Source of the DNA: Mobula hypostoma
Taxonomy: Eukaryota
Assembly (NCBI RefSeq): GCF_963921235.1
Contig: NC_086097.1
Location: 88,228,001-88,292,000 of the forward strand
Reading direction: 5' to 3'
Length of the DNA: 64,000 bases
Shown here: positions 26,555 through 37,699 of the stretch, piece by piece
How positions within the stretch are numbered: the first letter of the stretch is position 1
Layout: every line of letters begins with the position of its first letter
Notes under the pieces: generated by a model
Database searches by the model: none
What the model saw: only the letters and a program-made list of their open reading frames with translations
Told to the model about the DNA's origin: nothing
Made by a program: the position numbers and the translations under genes

Positions 26555-27695
26555 AGTACACCCTGAAACCATTTAATCTGCCTACTCACATCAATCTGCG
26601 TGTGACCATACCCCTCCAACCCCCTACTCTTTATGTACCTACCCAAACTTCTGTTAAACATGGGCCACTTGTGCTGACAGCTCTTTCCACATTGAATGAA
26701 GAAGCTTCTCCTCATGTTCCCCTTAAACTTCTCACTTTTCACCCTTAACCCATGGCCTCTGGTTGTAGTCCTACCCAGCCAAAGTTGAAAAGACCATAAG
26801 ATATGGTAGCACAATTAGTCCATTTGGCCCTTCGAGACTGCTTCACCATTCAATCGTGGTTGATCCTTTTTTCCCTTCCTCAGCCCCACTCCCCGGCCTT
26901 CTCCCCATAACCTTTGATCTGTGTCTAATCAAGAACCTATCAATCTCTGCCTTAAATACACCCAATGACCTGGCCTCCACAGCTGCCTGTGGTAACATAT
27001 TCCACAAATTCACCACCCACTGGCTAAAGAATCTGGATCTCATTTAAATAGACACCCCTTTTCCCTGAGGCTGTGCCCTCTTGTCCTAGACTCTCCCACC
27101 AGGGGAAACATCCTTTCCACATCTACCCTGTCTAGGCCTTTCAACATTCAAAATGTTTCAATGAGATCTCCTCTCATACTTCTGAATTCCAGCTAGCTCA
27201 GACCCAGAGCCATCAAACGTTCCTCATATGATAACCCTTCCATTCCCAGAATCATTCTTGTCAACCTCCTCTGAACCCTCTCTCTTCTGAGACTAGGAGC
27301 CCAAAACAGTTCACAATGTTCAAGGTGAGGCCTCACCAGTGCCTTACAAAACCTCAGTATCACATCCCTGCTCCGACCCCTACAGAACACAACTAGTCAC
27401 TAGCAGCCAACCAGAAAAGGATCCTTTTATTCCCACTCACTGCCTCCTACCAATCAGCGAATGCTCTAACAATGTTAGTAACTTTACTGTAATACCATGG
27501 GCTCTTAACTTGTTAAGCAGCCTCATGTGTGGCACCTTGACAAAGGCCTTCTGAAAGTCCAACTGTACAACAGCCACTGTATCCCTTTTATCTATCCTAC
27601 TTGTAATTTCCTCAAAGAATTCCAACAGGTTCATCAGGCAAGATTTTCCCTTAAAGAATCCATGCTGACTTTGTGCCATCTTGTCCTGTATCACC
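26555..27695 (-). mobile_element. Two adjacent or nested CR1 fragments (26555-26790 and 26791-27695)
   Basis: TRGHGLRVK; SQHGFFKGKSCLMNLLEFFEEIT; KALVRPHLEHC; FFSQWVVNLWN; gaccataaga tail at 26792. Confidence 0.9.
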
Positions 27696-27697
27696 AG

Positions 27698-27783
27698 TTG
27701 AGAGCATCCTGACTGGCTGCAACACTGCCTGGTATGGGAACCGAGCCTCCCTTAATCGCAGGACTCTGCAGAGAGTGCAGACA
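27698..27783 (+). mobile_element. Short Rex1/Babar fragment
   Basis: ESILTGCNTAWYGN, similar to 52341-52430. Confidence 0.75.
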
Positions 27784-28845
27784 AATTAAGAAAAGTGTAG
27801 GTCCCTTACAGTCAGAAACAGGTGAATTGATCATGGGGAACAAGGACATGGCAGACCAATTGAATAACTACTTTGGTTCTGTCTTCACTAAGGAGGACAT
27901 AAATAATCTTCTGGAAATAGTAGGGGATAGGGGGTCTAGTGACATGGAGGAGCTGAGGGAAAGACATGTCAGTAGGGAAGTGGTGTTAGGTAAATTGAAG
28001 GGATTAAAGGCAGATAAATCCCCAGGGCCAGATGGTCTGCATCCCAGAGTGCTTAAGGAAGTAGCCCAAGAAATAGTGGATGCATTAGCGATAATTTTTC
28101 AAAACTCTTTAGATTCTGGATTAGTTCCTGAGGATTGGAGGGTGGTTAATGTAACCCCGCTTTTTAAAAAAGGAGGGAGAGAGAAACCGGGGAATTATAG
28201 ACCGGTAAGCCTGACATCGGTGGTGGGGAAATTGCTAGAGTCAGTTATCAAAGATGTGACAACAGCACATTTGAAAAGCGGTGAAATCATCGGACAAAGT
28301 CAGCATGGATTTGTGAAAGGAAAATCATGTCTAACGAATCTCATAGAATTTTTTGAGGATGTAACTAGTAGAGTGGATAGGGGAGAACCAGTGGATGTGG
28401 TATATTTGGATTTTCAAACGGCTTTTGACAAGGTCCCACACAGGAGATTAGTGTGCAAACTTAAAGCACATGGTATTGGGGGTATGGTATTGATGTGGAT
28501 AGAGAATTGGTTGGCAGACAGGAAGCAAAGAACGGGAATAAACGGGACCTTTTCAGAATGGCAAGCAGTGACTAGTGGGGTACCACAAGGCTCAGTGCTG
28601 GGACCCCAGTTGTTTACAATATATATTAATGACTTAGACGAGGGAATTAAACGCAGCATCTCCAAGTTTGCGGATGACACGAAGCTGGGCGGCAGTGTTA
28701 GCTGTGAGGAGGATGCTAAGAAGATGCAGGGTGACTTGGATAGGTTAGGTGAGTGGGCAAATTCCCGGCAGATGCAATTTAAAGTGGATAAATGTGAGGT
28801 TATCCACCTTGGTGGCAAAAACAGGAAAACAGATTATCATCTGAA

Positions 28846-28883
28846 TGGTCCTGACGAAGGGTCTTGGCCTGAAACGTCGACTG
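28846..28883 (+). ncRNA. Minimal type I hammerhead ribozyme motif
   Basis: ggtc-CTGACGA-agg gtcttgg cct-GAAA-C-GTC-gact: core, stem II AGG/CCT, palindromic ACGT stem III, stem I ggtc/gact. Confidence 0.75.
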
Positions 28884-28939
28884 CGCCTCTTCCTATAGAT
28901 GCTGCCTGGCCTGCTGCGTTCACCAGCAACTTTGATGTA
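28850..28939 (+). mobile_element. 90-bp Penelope-like terminal-repeat insertion
   Basis: Near-identical to 30640-30729; 15-bp TSD tatcatctgaatggt at 28835-28849 and 28940-28954. Confidence 0.92.
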
Positions 28940-30131
28940 TATCATCTGAATGGTGGCCGATTAGGAAAAGGGGAGGTGCAATGAGACCTGGGTGTCATTG
29001 TACACCAGTCATTGAAAGTGGGCATGCAGGTACAGCAGGCGGTGAAAAAGGCGAATGGTATGCTGGCATTCATAGCAAGAGGATTCGAGTACAGGAGCAG
29101 GGAGGTACTACTGCAGTTGTACAAGGCCTTGGTGAGACCACACCTGGAGTATTGTGTGCAGTTTTGGTTCCCTAATCTGAGGAAAGACATTCTTGCCATA
29201 GAGGGAGTACAAGGAAGGTTTACCAGATTGATCCCTGGGATGGCAGGACTTTCATATGATGAAAGACTGGATCGAATAGGCCTATACTTGCTGGAATTTA
29301 GAAGATTGAGGGGGGATCTTATTGAAACGTATAAAATTCTGAAGGGATTGGACAGGCTAGATGTAGGAAGATTGTTCCCGATGTTGGGGAAGTCCAGAAT
29401 GAGGGGTCACAGTTTGAGGATAAAGGGGAAGCCTTTTAGGACCGAGATGAGGAAAAACTTCTTCACACAGAGAGTGGTGAATCTGTGGAATTCTTTGCCA
29501 CAGGAGACAGTTGAGGCCAATTCATTGGCTATATTTAAGAGAGAGTTAGATATGGCCCTTGTGGCTAAAGGGATCAGGGGGTATGGAGAGAAGGCAGGTA
29601 CAGGGTTCTGAGTTGGATGATCAGCCATGATCATACTGAATGGCGGTGCCGGCTCGAAGGGCCGAATGGCCTACTCCACCTATTTTCTATGTTTCTAAGA
29701 CATTATAAGCCTCAATTACTGATGCAAACACCGCTGGTACACCACAATCAAGAATGTTCTCCACTTCATCCCTCGCCTGGACTTTGGTGTATCCGGCCAC
29801 CTGGTTGTGCTTTTGTCTGAGTACAGTCAGAGATTGAAGAGCATGGCACCAGTGAAGAGGACTACAAAGAGCTGGACTGCAGAAACAAATGAGCAAATCT
29901 GGGATTGCTTCAAGTCAGTGGACTAGACCGTTTTCAAAGATTCAGCAGTGGATCTAAATGTATATGTCACAGTTGTTATGAACTCCACAAGGACGTGTGT
30001 GGACAATTGTATATCCATAAAAATATATCGGGTCTTCCACAACCAGAAGCCCTGGATAGACTAAGAAATTCGTAATATTCTGAAGGCTACATCTGTTGCA
30101 TTTAGGACTGAAAACTCAGGGCCATATAAGA

Positions 30132-30770
30132 ACACCTACGCTCTGTCCGCCAGAGAAAGCAGGATCTCCTAGTGGCCACACATTTCAATTCCACATCCCA
30201 TTCCCATTCTGACATGTCTATCCATGGCCTCCTCTACTGTAAAGATGAAGCCACACTCAGGTTGAAGGAACAACACCTTATATTCCATCTGGGTAGCCTC
30301 CAACCTGATGGCATGAACATCGACTTCTCTAACTTCTGCTAATGCCCCAACTCCCCCTCGTACCCCATCTGTTATTTATTTTTACACACACATTCTTTCT
30401 CTCACTCTCTTTTTTCTCCCTCTGTCCCTCTGACTATACCCCTTGCCCATCCTTTGGTTTCACCCCCCCCCCGTCTTTCTCCCCGGACCTCCTGTCCCAT
30501 GATCCTCTCATATCCCCTTAGACAATCACCTGTCCAGCTCTTGGCTCCATCCCTCCCCCTCCTGTCTTCTCCTATCATTTTGGATCTCCCCCTCCCCCTC
30601 CCACTTTCAAATCTCTTACTAACTCTTCCTTCAGTTAGTCCTGACGAAGGATCTCGGCCTGAAACGTCAACTGTACCTCTTCCTAGAGATGCTGCCTGGC
30701 CTGCTGCGTTCACCAGCAACTTTGATGTGTGTTGCTTGAATTTCCAGCATCTGCAGAATTCCTGTTGTTT
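30132..30770 (+). mobile_element. 5'-truncated Penelope-like element: GIY-YIG C-terminus, pyrimidine-rich UTR, terminal repeat
   Basis: 30130-30342 reads EHLRSVRQRKQDLLVATHFNSTSH...LRLKEQHLIFHLGSLQPDGMNIDFSNFC*; TSD gccatataaga at 30121-30131 and 30771-30781. Confidence 0.9.
30632..30673 (+). ncRNA. Minimal type I hammerhead ribozyme motif
   Basis: agtc-CTGACGA-agg atctcgg cct-GAAA-C-GTC-aactg; first stem I pair is mutated. Confidence 0.7.
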
Positions 30771-31320
30771 GCCATATAAGATGTGTGGATACAATCTCCA
30801 GAAGACCTTAGCAAGGTCAAATTTGTAAAGAGTCAATTTTGGACTAAACTGGAATCCCATGTGAAGGCTTGACAGTTTTGGCAGAGTTTATAGGACTTGC
30901 ACAGTATCACTTCCTATAATTGTAAGATTGGGTAGCATAAATGGCAATGACTCATCATTCCCAGATCAGTTTGATGACTTTTATGCATGCTTTGACAGGC
31001 AGAACTATGACACACCCAAAAGAGACTCCAGATCTCTGGATGACTCTGTAATTTTAGTTTGTGGCCAACTTTTAAGATAGTGAATCTAAATAAGGTGTCT
31101 GGGCCAGATGGCATACCTGGCTACGTTCTAATGATCTGAAAGGACCAACTGGCTGGAGTAGTTGCGAATATATTCATCTGCTATGGTCCGACGTTCTCAC
31201 CTGCTTCAGAGGGCATCTATTATGTCGTTCCCAAGAGAGATTGATCACCTGCTTCAATGACGACTGTCTGGTTGCATTTACATTAACCATGAAGTGTTTC
31301 AAGAGGTTAGTTATGGCTTC

Positions 31321-32211
31321 TGTTACGTAACTGGCAACAATGAATATTAACCGAGACAGGTTATATAAAAACAACCAAACATTTATTAAACACGTATGAA
31401 GGATAAGGGAAAAAAAACAAAGGAAAACTTTAACCGGAGGTTAACAGGTACTCAGCCGTTCACCAACTTCACTCGGTTCTGGTTCTTAAAGCGTTAAATG
31501 CGAAAACCGTTCTTAAAGTGATACAGTCAGATATAGTCCTTAAAGCGATAACTTCGAAAGTCCAACAGTTTTACACATTCAATTGGGAGAGACTTCTCTG
31601 GAGAAGGATTTCTTCACAGACGCACCTTTACTGCCGGTTCTGTCCACAGGATTCCCGATGCCGAAAATAAACAGTTTAAATCAACTGACCTTAAATTCCT
31701 TTAGAGAGAGAGAGAGAGAGAGAGAGCGCATCTTTTTGCATGAACTCTTCGCTCTTTCTGGCAAGAGTTATCTCGATGCAGGTACTTCCCCAACAAACTC
31801 TCAATAAGGTCGATCCTCTATTAAACTGACAAACAATACCAACTTCTCAGTCCTTCACTTGGATGAATTCTTCACTCTCCCTTGAAAACTGTCGGAATTG
31901 AGCCATTTGGCACTTCCAGCCACAAATTCCCAGTCCAAATATACTGTATCTTGTAAAAGAACGCACCTTCCGTTTTAAAAATGAAACTGCGTCACAAAAA
32001 CAAACACACAACAGAAACAGAGGCACAACGTGTTCTATCTGGAAATCTACAAACTCAAAAACTAACTGCGTCACCTGAGTCGACCCTTATATAGTCACAG
32101 GGCACATGTCATCACGTGACCTCACATCGGCGGGAAAATCACATCAGGTGACCTCCAAAAGACTATTACATCATTCTCACAAAAAAAACAGATCTCCTTG
32201 AGCATGTAACA
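31321..32211 (-). mobile_element. Solo LTR (Gypsy- or class I ERV-like), 891 bp
   Basis: Inverted termini tgttac...gtaaca; 4-bp TSD cttc at 31317-31320 and 32212-32215; minus-strand TATATAAG (32086-32093) and AATAAA (31382-31387). Confidence 0.9.
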
Positions 32212-32779
32212 CTTCAATTAACTCTTACTTCAGAAATGGCCTGCATCCACTTGAATTTGCTTGCCCCCCACAGCAGACTAACAGCAGATGTGATTTGTCT
32301 GGCGTTTCACTCTTCTCGGGACTATATGGGCAACAGGAACTTATACATCAGGCTGCTGTTCATTGACTCCAGCTTGGGATTCAATGTACTTATTCGATTC
32401 AAAATCCTGATCAGATTTCAAGATCTGGGCCTCAGTACCTCCCTCTGCAACTCAACTTCCTCATTGACAGAGACCTCAGTCAATGATCATTGGTACAGCA
32501 TGTACTCTTGCTGATCACTAACTCAAAATGGTGTGATTTGTCCCCTGATCTCCTCTATAAACACATGACAGCATGGTTAAGCATAGCTCCAATACCACTT
32601 TGAAATTTTCTGATGGCACTACTTTTGTTGAATGAATCAAAGGTGGTGATGAGTTAGCCTACCAGAGTGAGATAGGTTGAGTGTTGCCACAAAAACTATT
32701 TCTCACTCAACATTCAGTAAAAGCAAAGAACTGATTTTTGGCTTCATGGAGGTGAAGGAGGGTGAACATATGTCAAGAT

Positions 32780-33460
32780 CTGAGGATCTAATTTTGGTCC
32801 CAACACATTGATGTAGTCATAAAGAAGGCAAGACAGCTGCTATACTATATTGGGAGTTTGAAGCAATTTGACATGTCAACAAATACACTCAAAAACTTCT
32901 ATAGTTATACCATGGAGAGCATTCTGACAGGCTGCATCACTGTCTGGTATGGAGGGGCTATTGCACAGGACCAAAAGAAGCTGTAGATGGTTGTAAATCT
33001 AGTCAGCTCCATCTTGGGCACTAGCTGACAAAGCACCCAGGTCATCTTCAGGGAGCAGTGTCTCAGAAAGGCAGCGGCCATTATTAAGGACCTCCAGCAC
33101 CTGGGGCATGCCCTTTTCTCACTGTTACCATCAGGTAGGAAATACAGAAGCCTGAAGAAACACACTCAGCGATTCAGGAACAGCTTCTTCCCCTCTGCCG
33201 TCCGATTCCTGAATGGACTTTGAAGTTTTGGACACTACTTCACTTTTTTAAAATATACAGTATTTCTGTTTTTGCACATTTTAAAATAATCTATTCAATA
33301 TATGTAATTGATTTACTTGTTCATTTATTATGTTTTATTTTATTTATTATTTTTTTCTCTCTCTGCTAGATTATGTATTGCATTCTACTGCTGCTGCTCA
33401 GCTAACAAATTTCACGTCACATGCTGGTGATAATAAATCTGATTCTGATTCTGATTCTGA
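32780..33460 (+). mobile_element. Younger Rex1/Babar 3' fragment nested in the older copy
   Basis: ESILTGCITVWYG...LLPSGRKYRSL; aataaa followed by a (tctgat)n tail. Confidence 0.88.
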
Positions 33461-35619
33461 CTACATGGGGATCAGAAACAGGAGTGAGTCAGCAGCTTTA
33501 AATTCCTGGGTATTAAGATATTTCATGTCCTGTCCCTAGCTCAGCTCATAGATGCAATGAGGAAAGCCTATTAGTATCTTAGTGGGTTTCGGGTGGAGGG
33601 GGCAGCTTATCAATGAACACTGCAGATTCTAGAATTTCTACAGATGCACTGCTGGAAGTATCCTAACCAGCTGCATTATGGTCTGGTCTAGCTATTCAAA
33701 TGTGCAAAGACGTAAGAAGCTTCAGAGAGTAGTGGACTTTGCCCAATATGTCATGGGCACCACTTTCTTCACCGTTGGTAGTGTCTTCATGAGGCATCTG
33801 TTTTCAAAGATCCTCACCATCAGACCATGCCATCTTCTCACAGCTTCTATTGGATAGGACATAGAAAAGCATAACATCCCACACTGCTGGGTTCAAGATG
33901 AGCTACTTCCCTTCATTCATTCTCTTCTTGAACCAGCCCACACAACCCTAATCACTACAGTTTAGCAATATTATGACCACTTTGACCAGTTTGGTTACTG
34001 TTACACATGCTGATTACTGGGCTAAACAAGAGCAGAAATCTAGAATTGTCCAGCAGCAAAAGAAATACAGTAATGTGAAATTATTTATAATTATTGGATC
34101 ACTCTGAGCCGATATGATGGCTTCATTTAATGTTATATAAAGGCATCTCGCAAAAAGACTGAAGGTTAGGGGTGACGTAATTCTTGTTTAATTATACAGT
34201 ATATTGTAGTGATTTGAATGTTAACATTTATGAGAGCTTCATAGATGCAATGAGTTTTGAATATTACTGCTATATTTGAAATGGAATAAAAAAGAGACGC
34301 AGAAAGAGTTGGTTTAGTAGAATCTTATTGAGACTTCTGCACGGTCTGTTGAAGGTACTTGCGGAGCACTGGCATGAATAGATAAAGTAGCACAATTATG
34401 TGAGAATTGGACCTTGCTGGCAAAATCAGTGGAGGAGATTTGTTCTCTAGATGTAATGTCCTTCCATTTACAGAACTGTTTTGTAAGTGTTTCTCCTGCT
34501 TGTTCAGCTATTGGCAGATTGTCAAATTGGATTGGAATGGTTTGGCAATGAACACCAAATATGACGATGTGTGAAGATAATATGTCAGTTGTTTACAGAG
34601 GGAGACGGTTGGTGTGGTATTGAATATACTCTCTGGACCTGGTTTCTATTGTTCATCCTATTTCAGGAAAAAGAGTAAGTTGATTTGTTCCAATTGATAA
34701 TGACATTGATCAGTTTTGTGATAAAGTGAGTATATTGGAGATTTAGTAGTATCTTAATAAATTGACCAGAAGAATTAAAGATATTCATTGGGAGAAGTTT
34801 AAGGTAATACATAAATTAGGACACTGATTAGTTGCTACTGATTACAGCACTTTTAAATGGACTTTCAAAAAGGGCGTCAAGGGTAGGGATGAGAGGACTG
34901 AGCCAAGAGAGGGGGAGAGTGTTGAAAGTTGAGGGTGAGGTGGAGGTTAGGGGGTGGGGCTAGGGTGGGGAAAACAAAAAGATTTGGGAATTGGGAGAAG
35001 CATGGATGAGGGAGATCAAGAGGAGGTTTGGAGAAGATGTGAGGTTGAGGCAGTGGATACGTGCATGTCCATGTCTATTTGGGATTCAGGACCTGCAATG
35101 TCAACATCCTCATGGACTGTTACAGAAATGACAGACTTCAATATTGGTCTGGTAGTGAATCATGGCAACTCGGATCCTTCAACACTAATCTCAATGTTCT
35201 GAGTGAGAGGTGATAGGCAAAATGTGGGCCATTCAAAGAACAATATGGTGAATATATTGTGTTGTGGGACTGGAAGACAAACGGTGTATTCATTGGTGAG
35301 TTTCTGTGTTGAAAATGAGATTTAGTCTGGTATCTCAGTGACTTGTTCCGTGATAAGTGAATGTCTGGCTGTCTTTAATGTGGTATCAACATGCTGTGGT
35401 CATCGGCACATCCGACTCAAAGTTACAGTGGAGACCAAAAAGGACCTTTTTTCACTTGGAAAAGGCTCTGGTGTGAACCTCAATGGGCAGTGAACTGATC
35501 CTCTAGGGTAATTTCATTACAGCTTGGAAAGGTGCACCATTTCAGCAATGAGTGCATAGGGGGATCAACTCCAGCAGCATTAACCTCCTGACATAATATT
35601 AAAGAGTTAAATACAAGAA

Positions 35620-36250
35620 CTCAAGTCAACATCCAAAACTTTGACAACCTTCTATAGATGTGTAATGTAGCATAAATAGGCTGGCTGCATCACAGCCTGC
35701 TCTGGATCACTAGTGCCTTTGAACAGAAAATCCGACAAAAGGAGTAGATTAGGCCCAGTGCATCACAGGTAAAGCCCTCCCAACCACTGAGCACATCTAC
35801 ATGCAGTGTTTTTGCAGGAAAGCAGCATCCATTATCAGGGATCCCCACCACCCAGGATATCCTCTTTTCTCGCTGCTGCCACCAGATACAAGGCACAAGA
35901 GCCTCAAGACTCGCACCACCAGGTTCAAGAACGGTTACTATTCCCCACCCATCAGGCTCATGAATAAAAGGGGATAACTACACTCACTTGCCCCATCATT
36001 GAGATGTTTTCCACAACCAATGATCTCATTTTAAGGACTCTTTATCTCATGTTCTCATTATTTATTTCTGTTTATTTATATTTGCATTTGCACAGTTTGT
36101 TGTCTTCTTCACTCTGGTTAGTCTTTCATTGATCCTGTTACAGTTACTATTCGATAGATTTGCTGAGTATGCCCACAGGAAACTGAATCTCAGGGTTGTA
36201 TATGGTGATGTATATGTTCTTTGATAATAAAATTTACTTTGAACTTTGAG
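35620..36250 (+). mobile_element. Rex1/Babar 3' fragment
   Basis: KAASIIRDPHHPG...RTTRFKNGY; tail actttgaactttga. Confidence 0.85.
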
Positions 36251-36745
36251 CATCTTTGATCCAGGGGATGGCACCTTTTAGATTATATCATCATCTGAGC
36301 GAGAGACAGTAAAGATGTCTGCGTCACCGCTGACATGACACTTACAAATCTCTGTGTGGCTAACTGGAAGATAATTCATTCTGTTATCTCTTGTCAGCCT
36401 GGCCCTAAAACTTCAGCATAAGCAGAAACACTGCTGCAAGAAAAATCAATGTTGCACGGTCTCGAGAACCCTAGAGATAAATCTTCTCAGACAGATAACC
36501 TGTCAGATCTTAGCCAATCAACCCCCGGAGTATTTTGACAGTGCCCGGACTGCCTTGATAACCTCAGTATTTACACCTCTGAAGCAAGACTTGGCTTTGC
36601 AACGAGGAAACACTGTGACTCATTATATGGGAATGGCTGTGAGATCCATTTGCGAATTAACTCTGTGGAAGTGTTTGAGTACTGGAAGGTTTTCAGTACT
36701 CAAAGGCAAAATAAACAGCTTTGCATGCAACAGAAGGTAAAAGAG

Positions 36746-36882
36746 CAGGCCAGGCAGCATCTCTAGGAAGAGGTACAGTGACTGTACCTCTTCCTAGAGA
36801 TGCTGCCTGGCTTGCTGCATTCACCAGCAACTTTGATGTGTGTTGCTTGAATTTCCAGCATCTGCAGAATTCCTCGTGTGTG
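36746..36882 (+). mobile_element. 137-bp Penelope-like terminal-repeat insertion with a 5' snap-back inversion
   Basis: 14-bp TSD agaaggtaaaagag at 36732-36745 and 36883-36896; 36744-36779 is the reverse complement of 36781-36816 with 1 mismatch. Confidence 0.93.
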
Positions 36883-37128
36883 AGAAGGTAAAAGAGTTGA
36901 GGACCAGTAGAACAGATGATGGGTGAGAAGACTGTAGGAGGTACAGCAGCTCATTGTTAACCATGACGTGTACAGAATCCTTAGCACTGTCAAGGCTATC
37001 TGTGGTCCAATATTCAGCGACCAACACAAAAATGGAAATTTAATATTAGGATTAGTCTGAATTATTTTAAACAAGACTAATAGTTTAATGTAGATAAAGA
37101 CAACAAAATCTTAGGGGTTCATTTAATC

Positions 37129-37204
37129 CAGGGGTTCCCAAACTTCTTTATACCGTGGATCAATACAAGAAAGGGGTCCATGAACCCCAGGTTGGGAATC
37201 CCTG
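37129..37204 (-). mobile_element. 76-bp hAT-type MITE, same family in the opposite orientation
   Basis: TIRs caggggttcccaa / ttgggaatccctg; decayed TSD atttaatc / atgtaatg. Confidence 0.8.
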
Positions 37205-37454
37205 ATGTAATGAAATTCAACAGTACATTATTTTTTCTGTAAAGATGTATTGATAATTGACTCAGACTGCCAAAGTTATGTTAAGTAGCTTTCCCTATGA
37301 TCTCAAAATAGTTTGAATAGGTTCGCTCAACTTTAATGCCATCCCATTATGAAGATCTATTTTCCAGTGCCCCAACCTGCATAGAACCAAGAAGACAGGT
37401 GGACTTTTTCAAGGGCAGTGAGGTAGTTGGAGCCTACTGCAAGGAAAACAGGTT

Positions 37455-37535
37455 TTTTTTTTCCATATATGCTGTCTAACCTGCTGAAAATTTCCAGTGC
37501 TTTTGGTTTATGTTTCAGACTTCCTGCATCTTCTG
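37455..37535 (+). mobile_element. Decayed Penelope-like terminal repeat
   Basis: atgctgtctaacctgctgaaaatttccag...cagacttcctgcatct. Confidence 0.55.
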
Positions 37536-37699
37536 TCCTTTTAGTAATATTTTGTACCATTTGTAGATGCTGTTCCTTTTATTTGAGAGCAGAAAAAGTG
37601 ATCATACTGTAGGTATCAAATGCACTGGCTGTAATTTGATGAGATAATGTCGTTATCAGCCTGGCAAAGTCAATCATGGCACCTACAGGGCATGAATTA

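Larger units (their letters stand above)
27781..29697 (+). mobile_element. Young 5'-truncated CR1 LINE (RT and C-terminus) with one stop and an in-frame insertion
   Basis: ORFs 27734-28984 and 29012-29611: KSPGPDG, NYRPVSLTS, GVPQGSVLGP, FADDTKL; tail ttctatgtttcta. Confidence 0.95.
29700..33990 (+). mobile_element. Old Rex1/Babar LINE carrying three nested insertions
   Basis: End of APE (TTIKN...FGVSGHLVVLL), NQKPW, GPDGIPG, YIRLLFIDSSLGFN, SSFKFLG and C-terminus in colinear order across the interruptions. Confidence 0.8.

Noticed and set aside
27734..27783. Apparent N-terminus of the 416-aa ORF
   Set aside because: It is out-of-frame Rex1 sequence abutting a 5'-truncated CR1, not a real start
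30402..30860. ORFs of 152 aa (-) and 124 aa (+)
   Set aside because: Low-complexity read-through of the Penelope-like UTR; the real coding frame ends at 30342
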